Part shown: piece after piece, positions 1 through 12,013 of the stretch
Layout: every line of letters starts with the position of its first letter
Numbering within the stretch: position 1 is the first letter of the stretch
DNA from: Moniliella sp. 'wahieum'
Lineage: Eukaryota
DNA length: 64,000 bases
NCBI GenBank assembly: GCA_003971905.1
Contig: RSEE01000015.1
Coordinates: forward strand, 186,001 to 250,000
Direction: 5' to 3'
Made by a program: the position numbers and the translations under genes
Notes under the pieces: model-generated
The model's input: only the letters and a program-made list of their open reading frames with translations
What the model was told of the DNA's origin: nothing
The model's database searches: none

Positions 1-760
1 TACTGTTGTTGCAACGGCGCCTTCTTCTTGCTTTTGCGTGGCTTGTCCCCCCGCCGTCGAGTCCGCTGGTGGAGCCACTGCCGCCAGGCACGTTCGGCTG
101 CAACTCCTCCTCGCTTTGAATCCACGCGCCCGTCACGCTGTCCCTCCTGCCTGCCGGGGCAGGATTGCGAGCATTTTTGCTGCGAGCAAACCGGTCCTCC
201 TGCTTTTCGGGGGCCAGGTCATCGTCCCAGTCGCGGCCGTTGGGCGCGTTGGGGTCCGTGTTCCACGGCGCGGGGGGCAAGCCGGTAGCCACCGGATGCT
301 CCCGCCTCGTCTCGCCCGACACGGGATCGACCACCACTTCTTCATTTTCCCAGCGCTGGCGGTCGTAATGCGAGGTGCCACCCACCATACCATCGTCGTC
401 GTATCGGCCAGCCCATTGGCGCTTTTGGGCCTTGTCGCGGCGGTAGTCCTTGATCAAGCCGTTGCGTACGGCCCAGGCGGGCGAATGGTTCTTGTTCTTG
501 TTGTTGCGGATGTTTTGGATCCAAAAGTTGTGGATGTGGCCGGGGATGTAGCCGCAGCAGGTGAGGATGACATTGATGAAGAAGTCAAGGCCAATCCCAA
601 AGCGCACGGCGACCGCAAGCGGTGGCAACAGCCAGCCACACAGAATGATCAGACCAGTGTACCAATGGCGGCGCTTCATTGGGTTGGCCGCTCGCTTGCC
701 GCGGCGGTAGTTGACGGTCTGGCGCGTGGGATACGCAGGGGCAGGGCGCCCTTCAGACAT
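1..760 (-). CDS. Pmp3/UPF0057 proteolipid-domain membrane protein with long C-terminal tail (runs off the left edge)
   Basis: Hand translation from ATG at 760: MSEGRPAPAY...ILCGWLLPPLAVAVRFGIGLDFFINVILTCCGYIPGHIHNFWIQNIRNN, matching the Pmp3 signature (LPPLAV...G...INxxLT..GYIPGxIH). Missing from the ORF track because no stop lies inside the window. Confidence 0.85.
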   Translation of the reverse strand, partial: MSEGRPAPAYPTRQTVNYRRGKRAANPMKRRHWYTGLIILCGWLLPPLAVAVRFGIGLDFFINVILTCCGYIPGHIHNFWIQNIRNNKNKNHSPAWAVRNGLIKDYRRDKAQKRQWAGRYDDDGMVGGTSHYDRQRWENEEVVVDPVSGETRREHPVATGLPPAPWNTDPNAPNGRDWDDDLAPEKQEDRFARSKNARNPAPAGRRDSVTGAWIQSEEELQPNVPGGSGSTSGLDGGGTSHAKARRRRRCNNS

Positions 761-1660
761 GGCGGGAAGCGTAGGGGAAGATGGTGGCTGAGGGAAGGTG
801 GGCAGAGCGGAAAAAGATGGGATCGAACGCAGGCTGGCTAAGTTGTCGCAAACTCACATGGTTGCTATCTGCGGGTGGATGTTGTGGCCCAATGGCCACC
901 GGCGCCAAGCTAGGCCTCCGCGGCGCAAGCCCGGCCGCCCTCGGAGCGCATCCACGATCAGAAAAGGTGCCTGGCAGTGCCTGGCAGGGCCCATGCCATG
1001 CGCCCTCGCCTTCTGACACACGCCCCGCACGGGGGGCAGTGCTGGTGCCCAACGGTGGGCAGCCTATCACCCAGCGGCCACACTGCGCTGGTGCAGGCCC
1101 ATGCATCAACTCGGTTTCGGCGATAGTTGACGCGTGATGAACGACGCATGTGCACTCGGCTGCCGCGATGGCAAGGAAGAACGCGTCATCGAGCGCTAAG
1201 ATTGGGGCCGCCAGCTGCGGCCAGGCGCCGGCCTGCACTGCACGGGGCAGTGTCATGCATGTCATACATCATGCATCATGCACCTGCCTGCATGGGCTGC
1301 GCTGGGCTGCGGCAGGCTACGGCCGGGCCTACTGCGGCTGCGCCCCCAGCAGCGGCAGCACGGGGGCAGCCGAGCGCGTGGCTGCGCAGTCCGACCCCCC
1401 GCCGCGTACGCTTCAAGGAAGCTTCAAGATAGATGGAAGGCCTGAAACCAATGGCCCTATTTTAGTCGCCGCAAAGAAAGCGGCACGCCGGCAGCCTTCA
1501 TGCACTTCATGCATCTGTTCGGGCCGACAGCCGAAGGGCGTCGTAGCACGCGCGCCAACGGAAGCCCACTCTCTAGTCTTCCCAGCTGTGTTCTTTGCCA
1601 TAGCAACACGCCAATTGTGGGGCAAACGCAGCCTATGACGCACATGCTCCCCTCCCCTCG

Positions 1661-2672
1661 TCATTTCGTCTGTGTGTTCTGAGCCTCCGCCGCCAGCCAC
1701 CGCGGCAAGTCCTCAACCATCGACGGGCCCTGGGGCGTCCACCCCAGCAGGCGCACCGCCCGTTCGGCGCGGGAAAACGAGTCGGTGCCGAGGACAAAGC
1801 GAATGTAGGGCTGACGCGCCTCTGCCTCCTCCACCGACACATGTTCCACCTCGCTCGTGTCCAGCAGCCCCATCGCATGCCCCACTTTGGCCCCACGCGC
1901 CACATACTCCCCTAACACAATTGCCTCGCTTTGGCCCATGAACATGCCTCCCTCGGGTGCCCAGAGCCCTGTAGGAGTGGACGAATCAGGGCTTGCTGCT
2001 TTCTCGGCCAGACCAAGGTAGATCCGAGCAAGATCTTGGACATGTACTGCCCCCCACCGGTTCGTGCCTTGGTCAATGACAAATGCCTTGCGCTGATCCA
2101 GGGCGGCAGCCCAAAGTGGGTATGTCTCCTTCTTGCTGGGGCCAGTGCCTTGCCCGCACACCACACCGGGAAACACGATCGCTGCTCTCAGCCCCTTTTG
2201 GGCGGCCGAGATGACGAGGTGGTCGACAAAGCTGTGTGGTGCTTCGGGCGGCCGGTCGAGGATACGCTGAACACCGTGCCAGTCATCGTACGCCTCCTGA
2301 CAGGTCGGTGCACCAAACTGGTTGGCAGCTAGCGCCGCTGCTGCCCATGCCAGACCTCCGCTGGTGTGCAAGTACGTCGTCTCGCCTCTTGCCGCACCAC
2401 GAAGCAAAGCCGGGTGCCGACTCGGTCCTCGTCACTGCCAGCAGTGTGGATCACCACCGTGGCTTGTTCCGCCTGGGACTCGAGTGTGGTTGTCGCTGCA
2501 ACGTCGCCAAGGACGGTGCGGACCGTGGGATAGGCCTTCTGAACCATCTGCGCCTTGGTCTCGTCGCGCACCAAAACCGTCACGTCCCAGTCGGGATGGG
2601 TGGCCACAACGAGGGCCAGTACACTACCGCCAATGTACCCCGTGGCGCGCCCGTAAGAAACAGTCGGACCAT
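1661..2672 (-). CDS. NAD(P)-binding Rossmann-fold oxidoreductase (atypical SDR / epimerase-like)
   Basis: MVRLFLTGA|TGYIGGSVL glycine-rich motif, broken by a 2-bp indel near 2645. Also VIHTAG, YLHTSG, PGVVCGQG, WGAVHVQDLARIY and AVRLLGWTP. Second frameshift near 2410. Confidence 0.85.
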
Positions 2673-3951
2673 AGCGTATAGCTTGGGAAAATCGGGCGGG
2701 AGAGAGGCTCAGGCGCTCGGGATCAGATGACTTGGTGCACTGAAGAGAGACTGCGCAAGTGATTTTAACGAGCCCCTCCTCGACATCCAAAGCGATTGGA
2801 GGCGTGGGCAGGCTTCAAGCTTCAAGCTTCAAGCTTCAAAAGCCAAACTCGATGATCGATGTCGATGATCTATGAGGCCTGAAGCCTGCGGTGACTCGGT
2901 GACTTCGATACCACAAGGCAGACCATCAGATATACGACGGTCGATAATCGATAACTAGAACTGGCCGGGAATCGGGTTAGGCCTTAGGTAAGGCCTTAGG
3001 TAGGCACATGGTGCGTAGCGGACGCGTGCGTTGCGTCGTTCCGCCCACGCCTTGCTCGATTCCGCTCTGGGCCCACGGGGTCGGTAAAGGCCAACGGAAA
3101 TGGAGGATGGTGGGGCCGGTGGGGATAGTGATGCAAGTGATGTGCGATCCGCCGTGTGATGCACATGTGATGGATGATGGGTTCAACGCGTTCAGCCTTC
3201 AACTTGAACGTTCAACATTCCTTCGCTGCATTTTCCATCGATCATCTCGGTTCTTGTCCTCTCGTCGACTGCCTTTTTCTCCTGTGACACCACCATCACT
3301 CCCAAGGCCCAAGGCCTAACCCCGCTTCATTCATACCCGCAGCATGGCCTCCTCCTCCCCTTGATCTGGTTGGCTCCGTCTTACTCGTGTCCAAGAGTCT
3401 CTCTCTCGTTCCCGTCATCGCCTCGCGCCGAGCACACCGTCCAAAGGATATATGCGTCCAACAGGGTATATATTGAGCGTTATTGAACGCGTTGATGCCA
3501 AAAACCTTTGATGTGGGCTCGAGAGCGTCCTAGGCTGGGAGACTATTACGCCAGGGTGAGCGAAAGAAGCAAGCGAGCCAAGTTTGAATCCTACCGGTGA
3601 GGCATGTGCATGACCGGATGATCTGAGGGCCTGTTGAGACGTTGAGGCTAACGCTTTTGCCTCAACAGGCAGGTGCCGAGAGGCAATAGAGTTCCGACAG
3701 TGGGGTACAGAACTTACAGAGGCATTATAACGCTGTGATAACAGAGTGTGGTGCAATATAGCACAAGTGGCAGCACATATCAAAGGAGGGAGACTCCGAC
3801 TGCCTGCCAGATACGCTGGACAAGGAGCACGGAAGCATACCATCTCAAGCCACTATATCTTCCTCCTCATCCTCATCCGTCGCCAAGTGTGTGGATTACC
3901 AGCGCCCACTACCCCCATCCCCCTGTGGGCACCCCCACGTTCTCCTCCACC

Positions 3952-5004
3952 ATGTCCTTCACAATCAGACCGTCCTGCCAGCGTCGAACCCGCTGGGCCG
4001 CGCTGGCCACCGCCCTCCTCCTTTCCCCGTTGGTGCAAGGCGCGCTCACAAGCGTCAGTCTCTTCCCCAGCTGGAAGGCAAGCCATGCTGGAGCCAACCT
4101 CTCGGCTGTCCTCTTCCCGAGCTATGCCGAGATCGGGATCGAACCGAGTAACCTGCCTGCCATCGTCGGGACCGATTCCGTCAACCCGCTGACGTATGGA
4201 TGTATGGAGGCACTCCAGAACCTGAGTGGGTCATCCCCTCACGTCCGTATTGGTGGTAATACGGGTGACAATGCGCTGTGGAATTCCTCGGCAGAAGGAT
4301 ATGGGTATAGCACCAACACAGCCGCATCTGCTGGGCCCAGCTCCAGTCTTTACTTTGGCCCTGGCCTCTTCAAGGCCATTGATCGGTTGCCCCGAGATAC
4401 CCCAATCACGTTTGGACTCAATTTGGCCTACTCTGGCTCCGATGCGGTAGAGCGGATTGTAGAGACGGCCAATGCGGCCATGGATCACCTGCACAGAACG
4501 TTGACCTGGTCGGGTTTGAAGTTGGGAACGAGCCCGACTTGTACGTTAGCAATGGCTACCGCAAACCAGGCTACACAAAGCAAATGTACGGGAAGGAGTG
4601 GATCACCCGCGTAAAGGCCATCTATCGGCGCGCTCTCAAGCCCCGGGGCAAGCCGGCTGCCATGTTTGAAGCCGCTGTCACGGCCACGACGGCCAACAAG
4701 AATGGCCACCCCTACCGTGTGGTCAATTTGACCCAGGACACACATGGCGTTGGGTACAATGACAGTATGTTTGTGAAGTCACGATCTGACCTTTTTCGTC
4801 TTCTCCTATCCTAAGCTGTATTACATTAACGTCTCGAATTTCCCCATCACGTCCGACTGGTTGCTCTCTCTTCCCAATACCGTGTCGCAACTGTACGAGT
4901 GGCAACAACAGTCCTACCAGGCGTTGGACATGGGCAAACCCTACTACCTGCGCGAAATGGGTTCGATCGGTCCCGAAGGCATTAAGGGCATCTCCGACAC
5001 ATTC
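3952..5004 (+). pseudogene. Secreted glycoside hydrolase family 79 (beta-glucuronidase-like), 3'-truncated at a retrotransposon junction
   Basis: Signal-peptide-like N-terminus, then HVRIGGNTGD, ITFGLNL, GFEVGNEPDLY (acid/base Glu, after a frameshift near 4500) and YYLREMGS (nucleophile Glu). Homology stops at GISDTF. The expected C-terminal part of the barrel and the beta-sandwich are not seen downstream. Probable short intron or indel at about 4765-4815. Confidence 0.8.
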
Positions 5005-5790
5005 CGCACCACGCGCAGCATGTGCAAGTGCGGCGTCATGTCCTCGCTGGAACACATCATGTCCTGCACCCGCACCCAGGCCAAGTTTGGTGCGTTGCAT
5101 GAGGCAGTGCGGGAGCCCATTCTCCAGCTCCTCCGCTCCATCCCCGACACCCACGTCCACAACGAACCTATGGTGGAGGAAGAGGATGGGACGAGGCGCG
5201 GACGGAAGGCACAGCGCACCGATTACCGCGTGATGGGGCCCGGAGCACTGGGAGGAACCGGAATGGAGGTAGACCACACGCTGCGCGACACGGGATCGCA
5301 GGAGGCGCAGAGCGCGTACCGGCGGGTGGTGCATGAGAGCACTGCGTCGCCTTTGGAACGCCGGGAGAAGGAACTGCTTCGGCTGCTTGAACAAGCAGAA
5401 TGCGACAAGAACGCCAAGTACCAGGGACGCACTCAAGAACCGTTTTTCCCCCTGGTTTTGACGACGCGAGGATACTACGGCACCAAGACGGCGGGCAAGT
5501 TGTTCGCGCATTGGAAGGAGTTGGCTACTAAGTCTCAGTGGAAATGGTTCCTCGCTCGTATGTCAACCACGTTCCTCCGTGTCCACACGCGCTTCCTAGG
5601 GTACGGGACCGGATGGCGTGAGCCGGAGGGTCCTGATATCCTGGCGATCCCCCTGGTCCCTTAATCTTGGTGGCGCTACCAAGTAACCCCCGCAAGATGA
5701 ACGGTTCGGTTTAGACGTAGCGTTCCCCCTGTCCCAGCCTTAAGCTCTGTCAATGATATGAATTCAAAAGGGAGATAAAAAGGGAGATAT
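5005..5790 (+). mobile_element. 5'-truncated non-LTR retrotransposon of the RLE type (CRE-clade-like): zinc knuckle, restriction-like endonuclease and 3' UTR
   Basis: CKCGVMSSLEHIMSC (CCHC knuckle), LHEAVR (RH-D/N-like motif), RTD...EVD (PD..D catalytic acids), ECDKNAKY (E..K..KY) and FFPLVLTTRG. Stop at 5664, followed by a hairpin (5666-5683) and a tandem AAAAGGGAGAT x2 (about 5766-5787). No RT domain is present. Boundaries approximate. Confidence 0.75.
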
Positions 5791-6963
5791 CTTTATTTAT
5801 CTTCTTCACTTGAGCTTCATGCATCAGGACTCCAGGTCTCATCAGGCCCGTGTGCCTGTTTTGGCCCCACACAGCCCTCTCGGGCACGACCGCTATAATC
5901 ACTCTCGTCTTCCTGTGTGCCCGTGCTGCGTGTGCGTGCCCCGAATACTATATTGTTGGGAGATTTCGGACTCTCGCCCGCTTCGTAAAGTCATGGCGCA
6001 CCTGCATCTACTTTTACTTTTTGAGGGGGGGGAGTGGTATGTTATGTTGATCCACAGTCGCTGCTCAATGCGCTTAAGCGGAGCTTCCTTTCATCCGGGT
6101 CCCCTTGCACATTGGCCTCGCTCGACCCTTTCTACGTTATTCTCGTGCTCAAGCTGAAATGGGTTGAACAAGAAGATGAATGTTGTGCATAATGTGTACC
6201 CATACTCTTTTCTCCCTTCCGAGTCGGCATGGGGGTCGCTTCACCATAATAGCTGCGGTCGATTTTGTGCAGATCCTAAGGCTTGCTGATTTGTTCTCTG
6301 CAATGGATCCAAACCCTTCTCCGTCCCCTTCCAAATGATCAGAGCTCTGCTTTACCCACAGCACATCGATGGATCATGATATATACTCCACTTTTTTTCA
6401 CTCACACCGGTACTTGGCTTGCGCAAAATAACAAAATAGATGGACTCCTATCGCAACGTACTTCATCCAAGACTCGAGCACCACTCCCCCGTTCTGGTCT
6501 CCCGCGCAGAATTTGTGATGCATGATAGGGAGGTAGTGGATGCTGCGTTCAGTGAGTATGGGAGTACAATCCCGGCCAGCACACTCTCCCCATCCTTCCT
6601 TTGCCCTTGATCCCATGAGTTAATCCCTTCCAAAAACCTTAATGTAAAGTGTAATGCAACTTGTCATGCGTTTGTATTTCCCCCTTTCCTATTCCACCGT
6701 GTGAGCGCTGAGAGTCTCACATTTGGACCCTTCTGCACTCATCCCAGCATAAAAAACGTACCCCGATTCGATCTCCCTGTCACTTCCTTTGGTTCACTCC
6801 GTAATGGCCCAAAGGCGGTGCCACCAACTTCGTGCTGACTTGGCTTGATAGCATGGGATAAGCCGAGCAAAAACGACACAAAACCCTATCCTTCGTCTTT
6901 GCGCATTTTGTCTCGAGGCCCTGGAAGCAGTCCCTTGAATCGCGTATGGCATACGATGGTCTT

Positions 6964-9908
6964 TTATTCCTCTTCGTCGTCTCTTCGCTCACTGGCTCCC
7001 CCAGGACCGTAGAAGTTCCTTCTCTGCACTTCGCTTGAGACTCAAGTCCTCCAGCAAGACCAGCAAGTCCTCATTCTCCGTCTCGGCCTCTTGGACCTGC
7101 ACTGCCTCACGCAGCAAGAGTTGCAGTCGCTCGATCCGTTCCAACAGAACCGGATCAGGCGAAGGAGAAACAAGTGCTTCTTCCTCTCTTTCTTCCTCCT
7201 CCTCCTCAGACGAAACTTCCTTCTCGTCCGCCGACTCCTCCTCGGCCGCCGCCGTCCCAGCAAGCGGCCAGGCGCAAGTCTGCCCACCTCGTCCCGCAAT
7301 CGCCGGATTTCGGCCGCTGCCCCAGCCGCTCCCATGGCGCGAAGGTGCACCTCGGCCTCGAGCTTGGTTCGAAGGGCGGTTAGATTGGCAATGGCCTCGT
7401 CCTGCTTTCTCTCGGCCTCAACATGGGCTTGACGAGCAGACTGTACTTCAGCACGAAGGAGGTGGAGGGAGGCTCGGCTGGCCTCCAGCCTGGGGGGAAG
7501 GGAGGAAGGTGCGAGCGGCCGTGTGTGGGCCATCAGACTCATCGCCCCTTGCCACCACAGCACAAAAGGCCAATCGAACCATTCCCCACCCCAGTCCGGA
7601 CAGCCGGGAAGAGCGTAGGATAGAGGCAGCGGTCCGGGCGTGGGAAGTGCGCCCCCAGCCGGACGCAGACGGGCAAACGTCACATGATCCCGTAGGAGCG
7701 AACTGATCTGGACCAGTTGAGCCAAGGGCGGGACCACCGCCTTGCTTTCTTCTCCCATGGGAGAGGGGGGAAAAGTGGCGTTCACGCCCAGTGCCAACGC
7801 AGCCAGAGCCGGGAGCAAGTCCTCCTTCTCCAGCATTTGGGTGAGCACGGCCATAAGGTCCGGTGAGAAGGGTAGGGCGTAGTCCCACCCCCATTGCGAG
7901 AGGAGTGTAAGGACGCCCACCTGGGTCCGGGGCGCCGGAGCCTGAAGAAGCAATAACATAAACTCCATGAAGGGGATTCTCTTCACGTCAACTGGTTGGC
8001 CTTCCTTCTCAGGCTGGCTCTCGGAGGGTGACACGGGAAGAACGAGGTTGCGGAGAACATCCTTCGCTTCGTTGGAACCCCTCAGTAGGTGGGAAAGAAT
8101 CTGGCAAGCTCGCAATCCTTGTGCATCCAATTTGCCCGTGGCCAAGACGCTGTGCCAGATGGAGAGGATCTGCCCTTCCTGGCAATAGGAAAGATAAACC
8201 TTCTCCACGTCTGGGTCGAGAGGGTCGATTGGTGCCATTGCATCCCCATTCTCTTCAGGAGGAAGAAGCAAACAGTGAATAAGAGCTTTGCGAAGAGCGA
8301 TGTTCTCCCCCAATCGGTCAAGGAGGCTGAGGAAGGCGACATACAGACCCCAGAGCGCACGTGGGTCCTCTGAGCTCTCTTCCAGCCCGATTGTCAAAAG
8401 GGCATGTAGAAGAGGTGGGATGGCACGGGACTGGACGAAGGACGCCTGCGCTTCCAGACACCCTTCTGCCAGCGTCACGACTACCGCCGCGTGCACACGC
8501 ACGTTCAACGGCGAGTCCAAAAGCAGCGTCCCCACCCAAGGAAGTAAGGTGGCGGCAATGTGCCGTTGGACCTCCAATTTGGTCTCATTGAGCTCCTTCT
8601 CCTTGCCCGTCTCATCATTGGCCAGTTCCGACTTCTCTGAATTGTCCGTCTCCTCCTTGGGTGTTTCCTCCTTGGGTGTTTCCTCCTTGGTTGTCTCCTC
8701 CTTGGTTGTCTCCTCCTTGGTTGTCTCCTCGGTTGTCTCCTCCTTAGTTGTCCCTTCCTTCGGCGTCTCATTGTGAATCTCCTTGGTGGTGGGTTGCAAC
8801 GACTCAGGTTCGGGATCGGCCAGCAAGACCTGCAGCACCCTCAGGCCTGCTTGTGCTGTCACCTCCCCTCCTCGTTCAAGGACAGGCCGGAGAAGGGTGC
8901 CGAGGCGCGCTTGGGAGAAGTACTTGCGTGCGCCCTGAGCACGAGTGAGGATGGCCTCGCAGGATTCGAGCGCGTCCAAATCGGTTTCCCAGGGAAGGGG
9001 GATAGTCTCCCGTGCCTGCGCACGAAGAGAGGAAGCGGAGCAGAACGTCCAATCCGCCCTCGTACAGGGCCAGCTGGGCCAACGGCGCACTGTGTCCGAC
9101 CAACGAAGGCAGCAGCAACAACGTTTCCCCCCGCAAGGCCGCACGTGCATGCACCCCCTGTGGTTCTTCTTCGTCCGGCTCAAATTGCGCTTCGTCTGGA
9201 GAGATGCAATGGAGCAGAACGGCCATTCCACCGCCAAGGGACAGCAGCGCTGCTCCCGTTCGCTCCGGCGCCGAGTGAACCAAAGTGCGAAGAAGCGCAA
9301 GGGAGGCCAGCGCGACGCTAGGCGCGTAATCCAAGTCGGGCGAAACTTGCTGCTCCGAAAGGTGCACCCCGGGTCCGAGCAGCGACAAGGACCAGGCCAA
9401 GCCTTCTTGTTTCAAGAACGCTTCGGCCCGCGCTGGGTCGTCGCACAGCGCAGTCAAGGTATCCAGCAACGCCGTCAACACTTCCCCGCGCGCGCGTTCG
9501 TGTACCGCGCGACGAACTTGACGCATGCGCGCGGCCTGGCGTGCCCGTTGCCGCGCCAGGTCTTCCCCACCGGAGGGGGAGGCTATGTGGCCCATGTCAA
9601 GCGGAGGCAGAGGGGCAGGGGCGGGCAAGGAGGGGGAGGGCGTCGAGGAGTGCGGCCCAGGCATCGGCAGCAACGAGGGCGGGCCGACTGCGAGCGAGGC
9701 TGCGGAGACTGTAGAGGGCGGCGCGGACGTCGGCCAGCGCTTGGTCCTGGTCCAGAGGCGGGGACTGGGACTCGGGCGCGGAGGACTGGGGGTTGGCGTC
9801 GGCGGCGAGGGCGAGGCGGGCGGCGAGGGCGCGGACGGTATCCTGCTCGGTGGTGGGCGGGTGGGCGGCGTGCCAGCGCTGCTGCAGCCACGAGGCGGTG
9901 GTGAGCAT
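6964..9908 (-). CDS. USO1: Uso1/p115 vesicle-tethering protein
   Basis: N-terminal TVRALAARL...DVRAALYSLRSLAR, armadillo-like head (LRGETLLLL, GGLDVLLRFL, ARKYFSQ, ILSHLLRGSNEAKDVL), coiled coil, and C-terminal ENEDLLVLLEDLSLKR...VSE plus acidic tail. Several frameshifts. Confidence 0.8.
8650..8770 (-). repeat. 15-bp coding tandem repeat (ETTKE/ETPKE, about 7-8 units) inside USO1
   Basis: Plus-strand units ctccttggttgtctc / ctccttgggtgtttc, translating to ETPKEGTTKEETTEETTKEETTKEETTKEETPKEETPKEE. Confidence 0.9.
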
Positions 9909-10239
9909 GGGCGCGACGGGGCAGACGGCGGGCAGGCCAACCAGCGGGCGGCGCCTGGCGTGTTGGGGAGCAGCCAAGCAAGTGGAGCAGCCGCCGCGGC
10001 CGGAAGCGGGTGCTGCTTATGTCAGCCCGCACGTGCCGTGCCCTTGGCTGGCGGAGCTGCGGGGCGGAGAGAGTGGCGAGTTGCTACGCGAGTCGATCAG
10101 TTTCGCTACGCAGAACACCAACCAACCCAGGGACCAGCAGGCTGCAACGAGAGCAAGAGCAAGAGTACGAGCATCGGTAACAGTGGCAGTAACAGTAACA
10201 GGGAAACGAATGTCCATCAAAATGTCCTAAGCGTGCGGG

Positions 10240-12013
10240 CTAAGCCGCGACGGCGTCCTCCTTCCCCGCCCCAGGGACATGGGGAGACGAGAGGGATGCA
10301 CCAGGGGAGGAAGGGGCCCGGAGATGGCACGGCGGGAGGCCACGTAGTGTCTCGCCCGGTGCTGAGGCCGGTTCTCGTTCCGGGGGGAGGGGGAGGTATT
10401 TCTCTTGAGCCCATGGCAAAGACGATGACGCGAGAAAAGGCGGGGGAGGAGAGGAGGGAGCTGAGGCCAAAAGCAAACTCGAACCTGAAGCGGAGGCAGA
10501 AGGAGCGGGCAAGTCGGTGTCGGACCAAACGGGAGACAAGGGCGAGTGAAGCGGGTGGAACTCCTCCTCTTGCTCCAGCTCGTCCACCGCCTGACGTGCG
10601 ACCGAGAGAAGGTAGAAAAGATACCAACGCAGAGGAACAGACCGCCGATGCCCATGGCCTCCTTGGCCCAGAGGGTGGTACGCACAACTGGTGCAGCGTC
10701 ATCCGCCGGTGCTGCCGGCGCGGCAAAAGTCTTGGTCATAGCACCCACACCCACATGAATCAACAGCTTGGGGAGGGCTAGCGCTGTGCAGAGGGTGTAC
10801 GTCCTCAATGTCAAGGTGGGAGCGGCGGCCAGAACCGTGTTGAGCAAATTAAAGGGATAAGGGGCAAGGCGGATGAGAAACAGCAAGCGCGGCTGTTTGT
10901 CGATCGCTCGAACAATCTTTTGCAAACCTTGGGATTTGGACAGGAGACGCTGCATCGGCCCCTGGAGTAAGGTACGCGAAGCAAGAAAGATAGCGATGCT
11001 GCCCACGAGCGCACCGACATAAGCTGTGACAAAGCCGGGCCACAAGCCAAAGGTGTAGCCGCTGAGGACGACCAGGGTGGAATAGAGAGGAACGGGGGGG
11101 ATGGTAGTAAGAAAAATCAAGCCGGCCATGGTTGCGTACCCGAACCAGCCCCACTGCGCCAGGGTCTGAGCCAGTCGATCGAGTGTGGAAAACACAAGAG
11201 AGCGATGGGTGAACAGGAAGGCGGTGGAAGTCAGTGAGATGAGGAGCCATATGAAAAAGGGTATGTAGGCGTAGAGCCAGGGCGGGCGCCAAATGCGTTG
11301 GCCGGTAGATGAGTCACGAAATGCGTGATCGGCAGTATCAAAGGTGCGATGCACACCCCGTCCCGCCAGTCTTACAGCCGCGCATGGATGGAAAAGGACC
11401 CAGGCGAGGGAGCGCAGGGACAAGAGGAGAACAGCGAGCAAATGGCCGAGCGGAGCCGTGCGCTGAGCATGGTGGCCCGCGTATGTCCTCTCAGGGGTGG
11501 GGTACCCAGCAAGACGGCCTCAGAGGATCGGCGAGGTGGGCGGACTTGACGTGGGAGGGTAAAACTGTGCCTACTGTAAGCCTGGGACTGTTGTGTGGGG
11601 ACAAAGGGTGGCTCGGGGGGAGGTGAAAAGTATTCCTCAGCAGGGGCCAGAGGAGTGCCGTCGGGGAAGGAGTGGGAGTGCGAGTTAAGGGGAGCGGGGG
11701 AAGAAGAAGGAGGAGGGGCAGGGGAAGAAGGAGGAACGATGGTGTCGAGAGCGGTGGTGGTAGAAGAGGAGCGGGGCGGCACGCTTCTCGCCACTTGGAT
11801 ACTTTGAGTGCGGCGGTGCAGGACGTTGGGGACGGGGCCCTGGCAGGTGGAATAGGAGGGGCCACGGGGGAGACGGGAGGTGGGGCGGTAGCAGGTGGGG
11901 GTGGTGCGACCGTCGAGGCTGTCGCGTGTGGGCAGCAGCTCCGCCTCATCCGGCTCGCTCACCAACGCCGACGCAAACAGAGGCTGCGCCATGCCGACGA
12001 CGGGGCTGTCCAT
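10240..12013 (-). CDS. TVP38/TMEM64 (VTT/DedA, SNARE-associated Golgi) membrane protein
   Basis: IFLTTIPPVPLYSTLVVLSGYTFGLWPGFVTAYVGALVGS...FLIRLAPYPFNLLNTVLA...ALALPKLLIHVGVG, with Pro/Ser-rich N- and C-terminal tails in adjacent frames. Start uncertain (may be near 12168). Confidence 0.85.

Noticed and set aside
2975..3003. Interstitial telomere repeats (TTAGG-like)
   Set aside because: No TTAGGG array. The sequence fits the TTA-GGCC-TTA heptamer pattern instead.
8773..10781. Long plus-strand ORFs (182, 319 and 418 aa)
   Set aside because: Antisense shadows of the GC-rich USO1 and TVP38-like genes; no recognisable domains.
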